64,000 nt of DNA from Octopus sinensis (taxonomy: Eukaryota): positions 131,440,001 through 131,504,000 of the forward strand of contig NC_042997.1 of NCBI RefSeq assembly GCF_006345805.1, written 5' to 3'. The notes beneath the pieces are model-generated. The model was not told the origin of the DNA and made no database searches. It saw only the letters and a program-made list of their open reading frames with translations. Below, one piece after another: positions 50,330 to 63,543 of this stretch (position 1 is the stretch's first letter; each line of letters begins with the position of its first letter). The position numbers were made by a program, and so were the translations under genes.

Positions 50330-50730
50330 TGTATTATTTACAATAGAAAGATAGGTGTCCTCACCTTGTTTGTTGATTCCGCAATGTTTCGGCTGATGTA
50401 CTCTCCAGCCTTCATCAGGTGTTCTTGTGGAACCCTTTATTTGACTAATGGGGTACTCTGTTCTCATTCCTAAGGTATTCTTTTTTTGCTGAGTCCCCCA
50501 CCTGGGATTGAACCCAGAATCTGAGGGTTAGTAGCCTGTGCTCTTATCAACTACACTATAAGCCCGTAGGCAATTATGGAGTGAATTTTGGGGCTTATAA
50601 ACCTAATATTTTATCTTTCCTTAATACCAGCTCCTATGTTACATTCATATCTGCACTAGGTCTGCTAAGGAGGTTGTTGTGTCCTAGCATATGTGCTGCC
50701 TCTTTTAATTTTCATATTTTCTTGAGGAGA
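50330..50730 (-). mobile_element. Penelope-like element 3' fragment: GIY-YIG C-terminus, tRNA-like cassette, hammerhead-like motif
   Basis: Minus ~50726-50595 = LKKI*KLKEAAHMLGHNNLLSRPSADMNVT*ELVLRKDKILGL*; tRNA-like 50565-50492; CTGATGA-A-GGCTG..CAGCC-GAAAC at 50418-50386. Confidence 0.7.
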
Positions 50731-50749
50731 CCTATTGAGTCAAGTACGT

Positions 50750-51108
50750 CAACATCAAAATAAAAATCAAATGGAAATTGTAGTTAAGACACCTGTGCCG
50801 GTGACATGTAAAAAGCACCGTCTGAACATGGCAGATGCCAGCACCGCCTGACTGGCATCTGTGTCGGTGACATGTAAAAGCACCAACCGATTGTGGCCGT
50901 TTGCCAGCCCGCTCTGGCCCCTGTGCCGGTGGCACATAAAAAACACCCACTACACTCACGGATTGGTTGGCGTTAGGAAGGGCATCCAGCTGTAGAAATA
51001 CTGCCAAATCAGACCAGAGCATGGTGCAGCCTCTATAGCTTACCAGACCCTGGTCGAACTGTCCAACAAATGCTAGCATGGAAAACGGACGTTAAATGAT
51101 GATGATGA
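50750..51108 (+). mobile_element. Family C retroposon
   Basis: Internal modules plus RTE-like tail. Confidence 0.8.
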
Positions 51109-51565
51109 TTTTCCAATGGTGCTCTCTGTCTATTATTTCAACTTCACTCCACAGGGGGAGGTGGTCTCCGTTTTTCCAGACAAGAGCAGCTACTCCTAAG
51201 TTTTCAATATCCCCTCATGTCACAGCTTTATGATGTTCCTTTACCTTTATTTTAAGGGACGGCATGTTTTGCCCTTTTTGTAACCTATCACAACTGCATG
51301 GGATAGAGTGCATGCAGTTTTTGGTAATGTTCTCACCTTTGTGAGATGGAGCCATGCATAGGAAAGATGTTTTGGGAATAATTTAATATGCAGACAAATT
51401 CATGACAGAAGCCTCAAGATTGACATACACAAGATCTAGAGATAACACTGGTATGCTACTGCATAAACACGACAGAAGTAAATAGACACCCTTATAATCA
51501 TTAAAATTTATCTAAATCTGAAATTATACATTCAAATTATTTATTAATTGTTATAATGTGAATAT

Positions 51566-52100
51566 TTAATATTTAGTAGACATGCCCTTTGCATTTTTCA
51601 ATGCATGGACCCTTTTAGGCATGTTACTGATCAGATGACCAATATTCTCTTGTGGAATTTCTTACCAAGTTTCATGCAGTAATCTCAAAAGATCTGGTTT
51701 TGAAGATGCTTTCTTGTTCATTTTATGAAGTGTCCTGTTCATTATGTCCCAGAGGTCCAGAGGTGTTCAATAGGGTTCATATCTAGTGACTGGCTTGGCT
51801 ATGGAAGCTTTTTAAAACCATTTTCATACAACAAATCTTGGGTCATTTTAGCCATGCAACAAAAAGCCCCCTCTTCCATAAATAAAGAGTCTTCTTTAAT
51901 CATTTCACCACTGGAGAAGATTGAAAGGAGTCCTTTCTGCAATATGGACACATATTTATCTGAGTTTGTTTCCCTCACACTATACCAGCTCTGACCAACC
52001 ATTGCTCCAAATTGCTCCCCATACCATTACCGAATAACTGCCAGGTTTCATTGTTGGCTGCAATCTTTTCACATCAAATTCTTGATCACAGAGTCTCCAG
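51566..52100 (-). pseudogene. Tc1-family transposase fragment (DDE domain, disrupted)
   Basis: Minus strand: ..SVMVW..NSDKYVSILQKGLL..LFMEEGA..KLP*PSQSLDMNPIEHLW..LHETW*EIPQENIGHLISNMPKRVHALKNAKGMSTKY*. Confidence 0.88.
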
Positions 52101-52402
52101 ATCCACACTCTACCACACACACACACACAGATATATTTCTCTGCCTTAAATAATAATAATTTTCAACCATAGGTACAAAGCCTGAAATATAAGTTGATTA
52201 CATTGATTCTAGCACTGTATTACTACTTGCTTCATTGACCCTTAAAATATGAAAAGCAAAGTTATTCTTTGTGGAATTTGAACTCAGAACATATAGATGG
52301 ATTAAACACTGCTAAACATTTTGTCTGGTGTGCTAACGATCCCGCCAGCTTGTCACCTTAACAATAATGTTTTTAACACAGGCACAAAGTTTGAAATTTG
52401 AG

Positions 52403-52790
52403 GGCTGTGTGGTAAGTAGCTAGCTTACCAACCACATGGTTCTGGGTTCAGTCCCACTGCATGGCACCTTGGGCAAGTGTCTTCTACTATAGCCTCAGGC
52501 TGACCAAAGCCTTGTGAGTGAATTTGGTAGACGGAAACTGAAAGAAGTCCATCGTATATATGTATATATATATGTGTGTGTGTTTGTGTGTCTGTGTTTG
52601 TCCCCCCAACATTGCTTGACAACCGATGCTGGTGTGTTTACGTCCCCGTAACTTAGCGGTTCAGCAAAAGTGACTGATAGAATAAGTACTAGGCTTACAA
52701 AGGATAAGTCCTGGGGTCGATTTGCTCAACTAAAGGCGGTGCTCCAGCATGGCTGCAGTCAAATGACTGAAACAAGTAAAAAAAAAAAAA
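52403..52790 (+). mobile_element. Family A SINE
   Basis: Near full length. Confidence 0.85.
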
Positions 52791-53077
52791 TAGAATGGTT
52801 GATTATATAAAGCACAGTATTTAATTGGTAGCTTATTTTTATGACTCAGGTTGGATGAAAAGCAAAGTTGAATTCTCAAGAGATGAAGAACCAAAAGAAA
52901 TACCATAATGTACTTACTCTGATGCTCTACCGATTCTGCCAGTCCATCACCCTAATAATCCTTTCTATTATAAACACAAGAAAAGGCTAGTCGATTTTAT
53001 CAACCCCAGTGCTCCACTTGTACTTATTTTATCTATCCTAAAAGGATAAAACTCGCTGGAACCTTACTTTGCTTTAT

Positions 53078-53322
53078 GTGGAGGCGCGTGGCTTAGTAGT
53101 TAGGATGCCAGCATCATGATCGTAAGATTGTGGTTTCGATTCCTGGACTGGGTGATGCATTGTGTTCTTGAGCAAAACACTTCATTTCACGTTGCTCCAG
53201 TCCACTCAGCTGGCAAAAGTGAGTAAAGCTGTGATGGACTGGTGTCCTGTTCAGCTGGGGAAAACATACGCCATAGAAACTAGGAAAATGGGCCCATGAG
53301 CCTGGCTGGGCTTTAAAATGGT
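53078..53322 (+). mobile_element. tRNA-derived SINE with CORE-like and V-like segments
   Basis: GTGGAGGCGCGTGGCTTAGTAGTTAGG..GGTTTCGATTCC; TGTGTTCTTGAGCAAAACACTT; GATGGACTGGTGTCCTGT; decayed relatives at ~28260-28500, 41760-41890 and 59770-60000. Confidence 0.7.
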
Positions 53323-53568
53323 GAAGGAAAAAGGATGAAAGGTAAACTTAACCTCAGCAGAATTTGAACCCAGAACATTAGGCCAAAAGAAGCGCAAAGT
53401 ATTGAACTTAGAATGTTAAGAGCCTGAACAGATACCACTAAGCATTTTTCTCCAACTCTCTAATGATTCTGCCATCTAGGCAACGATTGTATAACATTAC
53501 AACACAAATGTATTTAAAATATTTTCCCTTCTTTTCCTTTACACCATATACTTTACATATGAACACTC

Positions 53569-53609
<41 letters not shown>

Positions 53610-53951
53610 TAAAGCAAAAGCAAACCTGGTAATAGTTGTCATATTTGAAGAATTTGTTGAAGATTCACCAATAATCTACAAAATCACTGATATCGTACCA
53701 AATGAGTTTTTAAATTCCAGTAGAACAAGATATCCAGAGATAAAGTAGGTTTGTTAGCTCATATTCACATTTTTTTTATCTTTAAAAATCCTGTCTCAAG
53801 TTTTTAAAAATTTTTTGCCATTACATACCTATGTTATCTATTTGAGCCTACTGAAGCTGTTTGTGAGCCATAAATTCATTTAATTAAAGTATGGTTATAA
53901 ATACGAATCCAATGTGCTTTTTACTGTTGGGCAGCTTCGTTATAAGTGGGA

Positions 53952-54553
53952 ATGGTGCAGCCTCACCTGGAATTTGCATCACTGGTCTGGAGCCCCTATC
54001 TTGCCCAGGATATTAATCGTCTGGAAACCATTCAGTGACGTGCAACCAAGAGAATACCCTCCATCAGGCATTTGCCATATTCTGAACGCCCTACTTCCCT
54101 GGGCATGGATACATTGAAACTCCAACGTCTGGCAGCTGACTTGGCAGACACCATATAATTTATTAACCATCTTACTAACAATAACTCTGAGCACCTTTTC
54201 AAACTCCACTTATCTAACACCCGTGGACATGTTTACAAAGTCAGAAAACAGCACAGCTCCCATCACTTTCGAAAACATGTTTTCCCGCTAAGAGTTGCTG
54301 AAGTATGGAACAAACTGCCAGCATCAGTTGTTAGTTATTGGAGCACTGCATCCTTCAAAACTTCCATGTTTCCTGAGATTCACCAACACTACACCTGATT
54401 TTCTCCCCTCCATACACACGCAAGCATGTATCTGACTCATACACTGTTCACTTTCCAGACATTTGTACATTACTGCATATGCTTTATATGCACTTTTGAC
54501 AAGTTGTGGTGTACCTGAGTACTGTATACAAAAATTTCATTATTATTATTATT
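53952..54553 (+). mobile_element. 5'-truncated CR1 LINE
   Basis: MVQPHLEFASLVWSPYLAQDINRLE.., homologous to the 3981 and 18283 copies; (ATT)n tail. Confidence 0.88.
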
Positions 54554-54824
54554 GAATGTACTTTGTTCTAGGAATAAAATTCTGTAACTTATGGTTGTAC
54601 AATTGGATTGACTGTACCACTCTGGCAGTCACCATATCTTGACTATATTGCTTCTCTGGGCATTGACACTCTAAAATTTTGACATTTAATGCTAACCTGG
54701 TAAAAGCTCACAAGATTAGCCATCATCTTTTCAAAAATAATTTTGGCTACTTTTTAAATTCATCTACAACTTAAGGACCAGCTTATATATATATATTAAA
54801 AAAAAAAGATAATAAAAAAAAAAA

Positions 54825-55148
54825 CTCAGTACCCATAATTTTCAGAAACATTTTTTCATGCTCAGAATTGTCAAAGCATGAAACAAACTACCCACATCTA
54901 TAGTTAACTGTCAGGACACCACATCCTCCAAAAATTCGATGCTTCTTGAAATTCACCAACTGGCATATGTATTCTTGTCCTTTATAACTATTAGTGTTCA
55001 TTTTCCTCTATTTTTGTGTTCTATTCTGTGTACTGTACATGTGCTTCTAGCTTTCGTTACTGTCTTTACATAACTTATTTATCTGCTTTCTGTCCCCTTT
55101 AATCTTTTCTAATGAGTTACAGTGCGCCTGAGCACTCTATACAATAAG
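54825..55148 (+). mobile_element. Older CR1 3' fragment
   Basis: Diverged match to the CR1 3' end; similar remnants at ~60045-60325 (+) and ~35610-35670 (-). Confidence 0.65.
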
Positions 55149-55901
55149 CTCTTCATCATCACCATTTAACAGTTGTTTGCCATGCTGGCATGGGTTGAAC
55201 CACACGCATTATTATTACATTATAAAAATGGCTGAATAGATGAGGTACTTGACTCTTTGAACTTGGGAGTTTTCAAATCTTTCTCAAATGTTTTGTTATT
55301 TCTTGATTGAACACTTTATTCTACATTACCTCAGTTCAAAAAGCTGCTGAGAATAGGTACCAAATCAGCTAGCAATGTTACCTATGATAAATTTGCAGTT
55401 CTAGCCAAAGGAAGATTTATTTATTGTCCACTTTATGCCCATTATGCCATGAAACCACCTAAGTACTGGCCTTTAAAATTCCCACAAGAACTTTAAAAGT
55501 TACTATTATATAAAATATATCTCAGAAAGGTGAGAATGGAATTTACAGGAAAAAAAAACACATACACAACAGATGCAGACAAGCTCCACCCTTTATCAGT
55601 TGTCAATCAAATATCATCACAATTTCAACACTTTTCTGTAATATTGTTCAGTTTGGCTGAATCAACAACATAAGCTGTTGGGCAAACATGAAAAACAAAT
55701 GAGGACAGAAAAATTGAGACAAATACAAATATATGCCATATCAATTTATATTGCTCTCTTGTTTATCAGAGACAAATTTTGTACAATACTGGTGCCTTTT
55801 TTTCCTATGATCTTTTGGTTATAGTCTCAAAACCTAAAAAAGTTTAATGAAAGTAAATACTATAATGAATTTAATTAAATGCTCTACCATTCGTCTCACA
55901 G

Positions 55902-55927
55902 CAGTAACAAGTCACATGACTGAGAAA
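55902..55927 (+). CDS. Candidate 26-nt exon (AVTSHMTEK if joined to the phase-1 donor at 21791)
   Basis: tcgtctcacAG|CAGTAACAAGTCACATGACTGAGAAA|GTAAGT in a ~1.4-kb repeat-free island. Confidence 0.25.
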
Positions 55928-56618
55928 GTAAGTTCTCTTATCTATATCAGGCTCACACTGCATGCAACATGCTGGGAACCCCCCATGCAGGTTCTGATGA
56001 ATTTGGTAAAAATATTTATAAGAAAACCTACAGATAACTATACAAAATATTAAAAACAAAAAACAGGAAGAAAGAAGACATATATTCTATTACATATGAA
56101 CACATAATTTAAAACCTAAAATCAATATTCTTCACCCTGGCTACTAGTTATGATTCATAATTGAAAATGGAAGAATTTAAAATGTCCATTACAGTTATTT
56201 TAAATGCTTCTGCAATGGGCTTCTATTTTTTTTTTCCGTTTTTTTTGCTTTTATTTCTCCTTAAAGCAATATATCTCTTGCTGCTATCTCAGCTGTACAG
56301 ATTTAATGACTGACATGATCTGATACATGCTAGTACAAGGGGGCTTCAGATATAATAGTGGATGGGGGTTCATTAAACATCAGAATATTGATAAGAGATT
56401 GCATCTCCTGCTCTCTTTCTCTCCCTCTAAAAGTAGAATTGTACTGTGTGTGGATTAAATAGATGTTTGGTACTATTAATAGAGGAATAAGGGTATTTAA
56501 ATATGAACAAGTAGAGCTAAATTTAAGAGTCATTTGTCTTCTACTGTTCTGTTAATTCAGCAAAATGAAATATTTGACCAAATGTTAATCAAAAAGTTAT
56601 TGAATTTTCTTTCTCTAT

Positions 56619-56945
56619 ATCATCATCGTCGTTTAACGTCTGCTTTCCATGCTAGCATGGGTTGGACGGTTTGACTGTGGGCTGGTGAACCAGATGGCTG
56701 CATCAAGCTCCAGTCTTGATCTGGCAGAGTTTCTACAGCTGGATGCCCTTCCAAACACCAACCACTCCGAGAGTGTAGTGGGTGCTTTTACGTGCCACCC
56801 ACACAGGGACCAGTCAGGCGGTACTGGCAACAACCATGCTCAAATTTTTACACATGGGCCAGTCAAGCGGTACTGGCAACAACCTCGCTCGAATTTTTGG
56901 GGCCAGACAGGCTGTACTGGCAACGACCTCGCTTGAATTTTTTTC
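56619..56945 (-). mobile_element. Family C retroposon
   Basis: Tail plus internal GTACTGGCAAC repeats. Confidence 0.78.
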
Positions 56946-57234
56946 ACATATATGTAGCCAATATTTGAATGTTAAATTTTACTGAGACACAGGCATGGCT
57001 GTGTAATTAAGAAGCTTGCTTCTCAACCATGTGGCTTTGAGTTCAGTCCCACTGTACAGCACTTTGGGAAAATGCTTCTGCTATAGTTCTAGGGTGACCA
57101 AAATTTTGTAAGTAGATTTGGTAGGTGGAAACTGAAAGGAGCCTGTCGTGTGTGTGTAGAATCAACAGATGAGATCCAGAGATGCTTAATACATAAAATA
57201 TGTAATAGAGCTCAAAGGATTTGAATAAATATAT

Positions 57235-57633
57235 TCTTTTATTTGTTTCAGTCACTTGACTGTGGCCATGCTGGAGCCACTGCCTTTAGTTGAACAAATC
57301 GACTCCAGAACTTATTCTTTGTATGCCTAGTACTTATTCCATTGGTCCCTTCTGCCAAACTGCTAAGTTGCAGCGATGTAAACACACCAACATCAATTGT
57401 CAAGCAATGGTGGGGGAACAAACCCAGACACACAAACATACACACATACACATGCAGTTACACACACACACATATTATGGGCTTCTTTCAGTTTCTACCA
57501 AATTAACTCACAAGGCTTTGATCAGCCCGAGGCTACAGTAGAAGACACTTGCCCAAGGTGTGAAACAGTAGGACTGAAGCTGAGCCTTTTGGTTGCAAAT
57601 CAAACTTCTTAACCTCACAGTCATCCCTGTACC
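57235..57633 (-). mobile_element. Family A SINE, facing a + strand head at ~56990-57150
   Basis: Match to other copies. Confidence 0.8.
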
Positions 57634-58458
57634 CATTTTGTTGCTCATTACTACAGGTGTAAATTTAATTAAAATATTTTGGTTCGCTACTTCAGGTATG
57701 TTAGCACTTACTTAAATCTTCCTTTTATATTTCCACATATGAATAGCACTTAGATAATATTGTATAAAGAATTGCTATTATTTAAGACTGGTGGTGGTGC
57801 TGGGAAGGAATGGTTTGACTGCCAGATAAATTACCTCTCAGAATTGAGTTTCATCTTTCTATGCTGCTTATCTGCTAGATGAGGTTTTGATGGATGATAT
57901 CTGGTGTATGTGTGCATATGTGTGTAGCAGGTGCTCTGTCCCAGATATTTGAGCTATGCATTGAAGGTTAGGAGTGAGTGTGTAGTTTATTAGATCACAT
58001 CTCGCATATAACTGCTACTTATCTTAACAATTCCAGAAAAATAAACCAAAGGGAGTCTCTTCATGGTCTTTTAAAATAAAACAACAACAGCAGCAACAAC
58101 AAAACCACTTTATTGACTCTTTCTGCTATTCTTTATTTTCTGAAACTGTGTTAGAAGCTTTCTTCCAGACAAAACTGATATATTAAACTGCATTGTTCAT
58201 ATGTTGAAAGAAAAAACCAACATCTGAAGGACATCAGAATCACTTACCTTCCCATTATGTACCCATTGAACTCCAGCTTGATAAATTCAAACTCCAATTC
58301 CCACAAAATAATGAAGTTTAATGGAAAAAAATAACCATTCCTCTGACCCAAGAAGACTGTTATTTTATCTTTTACATATTTCAGTCATGGTGGTCATGAT
58401 GGAGCACCACCTTGAAGGGCTTTAAAACAAATCGCCACCATCCCATACTTCTTTCTTT

Positions 58459-58819
58459 TATTCTTTTACTTCTTTTAATCATTTGACTGCGGCCATTCTG
58501 GAGCACCGCCTTTAGTCGAGCAAATTGACTTAGTATTTATTGTTTGTAAGCCTAGTACTTATTCTATCAGTCTCTTTTGCTGAACTATTAAGTTATGGGG
58601 ATGTAAACACACTAGCATCGGTTGTCAAGCGATGTTGGGGCAACAAACACAGCCACACAAACACACACACACACATATATGACAGGCTTCTTTGTGTCTA
58701 CAAAATCCGCTCACAAGGCTTTGGTCGGCCTATAGTTGACAAGGTGCCACACAGTGGGACTGAACCCAGAACCATTTTGTTCGTAAGCAAGCTACTTACC
58801 ACACATTCACTCCTGCACC
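58459..58819 (-). mobile_element. Family A SINE
   Basis: Match to other copies. Confidence 0.8.
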
Positions 58820-61800
58820 TGTTCATTTTCTTTTTAAGTGTAGTACTTATTCTATCAGTTTCTTTTATAAAATAGTAAAGTCAGAAACTAACTAACATCT
58901 CTTGTCAAGTGGTGGTGGTGGGTTACCCCTACCCACCACCACATGATGAGCTTCCACACAACTTCTGTCTCCCTAATTCATTCACAAAGCATTGGTTAGC
59001 CCAGTGTTATAGTAGGCACTCACCCTCGGTGCTGTGCAGTGGGACTGAACCTGAAACCACATGGTCGCAAAGCAAATTTCAGTTCTTTTTCTGAAAAGGA
59101 TAACCCTAACATATAACACCATGCCTCTGTATATGCTTTATCCTTAGAAAATTTAACCACTTCCTGGTCTTGCCAATAATAAATTTATCATTATCTCTAA
59201 ATATCCTGTGCTAATTAATTCACTCACATTAGCCAATGCTAATTATTTACATTGGATATCTACTGAAGTCTACCGTTCCAATCAATTAACTATCAATCAA
59301 AGTTTAACCCTTACTGTTCATTCCGCATCAAATAAAAACCAACTTCCACATAAATCATACATCAAACAAAACTAATTATTTATATTAATTCACTTTCATT
59401 ATCTGAAACCTTAGATTGTTATATTACAGCCTACATTATTAATCAACCAAAACGAATCATTTAACATTAGTTAGCCATCAATAGAGCCCGATCATTCACC
59501 TTAACCAATTATCAGAATGAATTCAACTGTTTGTAGTAATCACGCTTTAATTAGATACAACTATTTATTTAACAGCGGCTGCAGTTGACGGCTGTCCTAA
59601 TTCAATATTGTAACATTACATAATAATAAATAAACACTAAATTTTGCTAACCATTCATTAATTAAATCAAAATGTTTATCTAAGACAATTGCCAACTAGA
59701 TTTGCTGGCTACTCTCAATGTTGTGACCAAATGTATAAATCTAAGTGAACTGAAATAATAACAGAATTTAGCGATGGTCTAGTGGTTTAGGCGTTACTCT
59801 CATGATCATATGATCAAGGGCTGCAAGTTGTATTCTTGAGCACGGCACTTAATTTCACATTGTTTCAGTGTACTTGTCGAAATATTACCAGTGGTAGATC
59901 TGCCTCTTGCCTTAAAGGGGAATATACATCTCAAAACATCTGATTTAGTTAATACAATAAAACTGGAACTAAGCACCAATTCTTAAAAACCTCTCACAGT
60001 TTAGAAGGGTTTCATATTTTTTGCATGACTACTCATATAGGGAAATGTCTCCCGACATTTTTTCATTCTCAGAATTGCTGAAGTATGGAATAAACTATCT
60101 GCATCAGTTATTGATAGATCAATATGGACACTACACTCTTCAAAACTCCCATGCTTCCTGAAATTTGCCAACTGTACATCTCACCCAACTTTTATTTTAA
60201 CTACTCATTCACTGTTCACTTCCTGTGTGTTATTCTATGTTACTGTTCATGAACTTTTGCCTTCTTTTCCTGATGAGTTGTAGTGCACCTGAGCACTGTA
60301 TACAATAAGTTCATTAATACTATTATAACTACATAGCACTATAATAGCTAGGATAACTTGTTTATTGCATCCACCGGTGTGCATTCTGATGCAACTCAGA
60401 GGAAAAGAACTTAAGTCTCTGAAACTTTCTGAGAAAAGATCTTGCTTCAGAGAGGACCAGTCAACAAACCAATCTTCCATGACTGATTTTCTTTTTTGAT
60501 CCTTTATTATCTCAGGCATTTCTCTACCCTTACAATGGAGCTGGACTATCAATAAACCAATCTTCCACACACTAAGACTTGTATTTTGATCAATCAAGAT
60601 TCCAGCTATTTCTACATTCTTGCTCTGTGGTGACCATCTTTGAACTTAGCTATGAAAATTTTGTACAAAATTTTCATGGCTTAAGCTCAAACTTCATCCA
60701 TCAATTGCCAAAGTAAATGGATCTTAAAATCCAATAAGCCCTAAGACTTCTCTGAAATTTTTAGTTAGTTTGTTGTAAGGTTTTTCCCAGTCAAGTTAAG
60801 GGACCATCTGAAATCTGTCCATAGACCCCTTCAAGATTGACAGATTGCAGATTAATAATGACTGCATTGGATATTTTCTATGTTAGCTTCATCTTCATCA
60901 AATAGTATTTTCCCTTCTATAGCTCAGATTCCATATTGATCTATCAACACTTTAAACATTTCTCTTCCTAATTTTTAGAGGTTTTTTTTTTTGCATGTGT
61001 GCATGTTGACTGTATCACAATAAATGAATGAATGAACTGTTAATGGTGGACATACAATTTTATATAAAAAAAAAAACATTCATAATTATCATGTGTGTAA
61101 TTTTTGTTGTTCCTGTATTCGCAAATAAACTTTCTATTTCCACTCGCTTCAGTCACATCTGTAACATCACCAACACCAACACCAACATAATCATAATCAT
61201 CATGATGTCTAAGCAAATAATGAGATTTAAACTCATCTCTCTGGTGATACAGCTGATGAAAATTATTTATAGTTATAGGTTAAACTAACAGACAGTGAAG
61301 CATCATGTTTGTAAAAAATATTTTTAGCAACTAATAATTGCTGCAAACATGAAATGTTTAAATATTTTTTCTAGTAAGAAACCTTGCTGCTTGCCAGCAG
61401 TAAACAGAATCCTTTATAAATTACTAAATCATAATGTCATCTTAAGTCAATAAAGTCCCAATACCAGGGGGAAAGAGTTAGCATATGTGACTGTGCATCA
61501 GACTGTATACACATGCTCCTATCAACTTTTTCATGCACCAGGCATAATGACAGATGTTCCATGTAACCCATTAACTGTAGGACTTCTGTTGCACAGTTCT
61601 GTTACCATATATCATTGTCCTCATTCATCTACTTTTCCATGCATGCATGAGTCAGATGATATTTGCTGTGGCAGATTTTCTATGGTTGGATGCTCTTCCT
61701 ATCACTAACCTTCATCTGTTTCCAAGTAAGATAATATTTCCCCATGGACAGACATGTTTTCATGGAAGATTGGAAATGGATGCCACTTGTATGGTAGTGT

Positions 61801-61940
61801 TTACAACTGTCATGTGATATCAAGGTAACAAGGGACAAACACAGTCACACACACACATATCTATTTCATCATTACCATTTCACATTCATTTTCCATGTTG
61901 GCAGGTATTTGGCTATATATATATTATATATATATATATA

Positions 61941-62343
61941 CTCTTTACTCTCTTTTACTTGTTTCAGTCATTTGACTGTGGCCTTGCTGGAGCACCGCCT
62001 TTAGTTGAGCAAATCGCCCCCAGGACTTATTCTTTGTAAGCCTAGTACTCATTCTATCGGTCTCTTTCACCGAACTGCTAAGTTACAGGGATGTAAACAC
62101 ACCAGCATCGGTTGTCAAACGATGTTGGGGGGGGGGGGACAAACATAGACACATAAACATACACACACACACACACATATATATGTATACATATATACGA
62201 CAGGTTTCTTTCAGTTTCCGTCTACCAAATCCACTCACAAGGCTTTGGTTGACCCGAGGCTATAGTAGAAGACACTTGCCCGCAGTGGGACAGAACGCGG
62301 AACCATATGGTTGGTAACCAAGCTACTTACCACACAGCCACTC

Positions 62344-62347
<4 letters not shown>
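61941..62347 (-). mobile_element. Family A SINE flanked by (TA)n
   Basis: Full length. Confidence 0.85.
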
Positions 62348-62403
<56 letters not shown>

Positions 62404-62432
62404 CAAATGATGATGATGATGATGATATATAT

Positions 62433-62989
62433 GAAGTGATCCCAAGATAAGAAATCCTTGAACTTTAATTCATCCTGTATTTCTATTTATTTTTATTATT
62501 TATTAATTATTATTATTCTGATCCCCCTAGACGCCACTCTGTTTACTATTTCAGCCTCGCCTCGTTTTTGCATATTCTGTATAATTCACTAGTTATCGTT
62601 ATAGATATTTAAGATCTATTCTCCCTTACAGGGCTGATAGAAATTGGCTGCCGATTCTTCGCGCCCTTCTCTCCCCCTCTTTTTACATTGTCTGTCTGGA
62701 CTCCTATGCATACTTAAGCTAGTAACCTGCCTCATTCTTGATTCCGAATTCCTTTTGCCAAGACTGTCCGTAAACGAAGTGATCCCAAGATAAGAAATCC
62801 TTGAACTTTAATTCATCCCGTATTTCTATTTATTATTATTATTCTGATCCCCCTAGACGCCACTCTGTTTACTATTTCAGCCTCGCCTCGTTTTTGCATA
62901 TTCTGTATAATTCACTAGTTATCGTTATAGATATTTAAGATCTATTCTCCCTTACAGGGCTGATAGAAATTGGCTGCCGATTCTTCGCG
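62433..62989. repeat. ~215-230-bp direct repeat with 112-bp spacer
   Basis: 62433-62663 and 62776-62989 nearly identical apart from the (TTA)n length. Confidence 0.9.
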
Positions 62990-63067
62990 GCGCGCCCGCC
63001 CTACCCACCCCCACCACCAATACCGAATATCTCTATTTTGCTCCAACTATACCGGATGTCGTTTCTC

Positions 63068-63543
63068 CCACCACCATTATAGGTGTCTACTCTTTGAACC
63101 CCCTCTTCAATACGCTATTTCACCATGCATTACCCTCTCTCGATATCCTACGTTCTACTTGCCTAGAACCTGTCCTCTGAACCACCCCTCCCACTGGTGC
63201 TCCCCTATATTTCTGCACCCCCCCACCACCATTATAGGTGTCTACTCTTTGAACCCCCCTCTTCAATACGCTATTTCACCATGCATTACCCCTCTCTTGA
63301 TATATCCTACGTTCTACTTGCCTAGAACCTGTCCTCTGAACCACCCCTCCCACTGGTGCTCCCCTATATTTTCTGCACCCCCCCACCACCATTATAGGTG
63401 TCTACTATTTGAAGCCCCCTCTTCAATACGCTATTTCACCATGCATTACCCTCTCCTCGGTATCCTACGTTCTACTTGCCTAGTACCTGTCCTCTGAACC
63501 ATCCCTCCCACTGGTGCTCCCCTATATTTCTGCACCCCCCCCC
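63068..63543. repeat. Three tandem ~155-160-bp pyrimidine-rich units
   Basis: ATTATAGGTGTCTACT at 63076, 63231 and 63391. Confidence 0.9.

Noticed and set aside
50492-50565. Functional tRNA gene
   Set aside because: Acceptor stem pairs poorly and it lies inside a TE; SINE heads in the window are likewise not tRNA genes
58242-58350. Strong minus-strand donor AAG|GTAAGT
   Set aside because: No convincing acceptor or reading frame; a few such 8-mers are expected by chance in 64 kb
62970-63497. 175-aa ORF
   Set aside because: Spans the tandem units, changes register between them, TTG start, no recognisable domain
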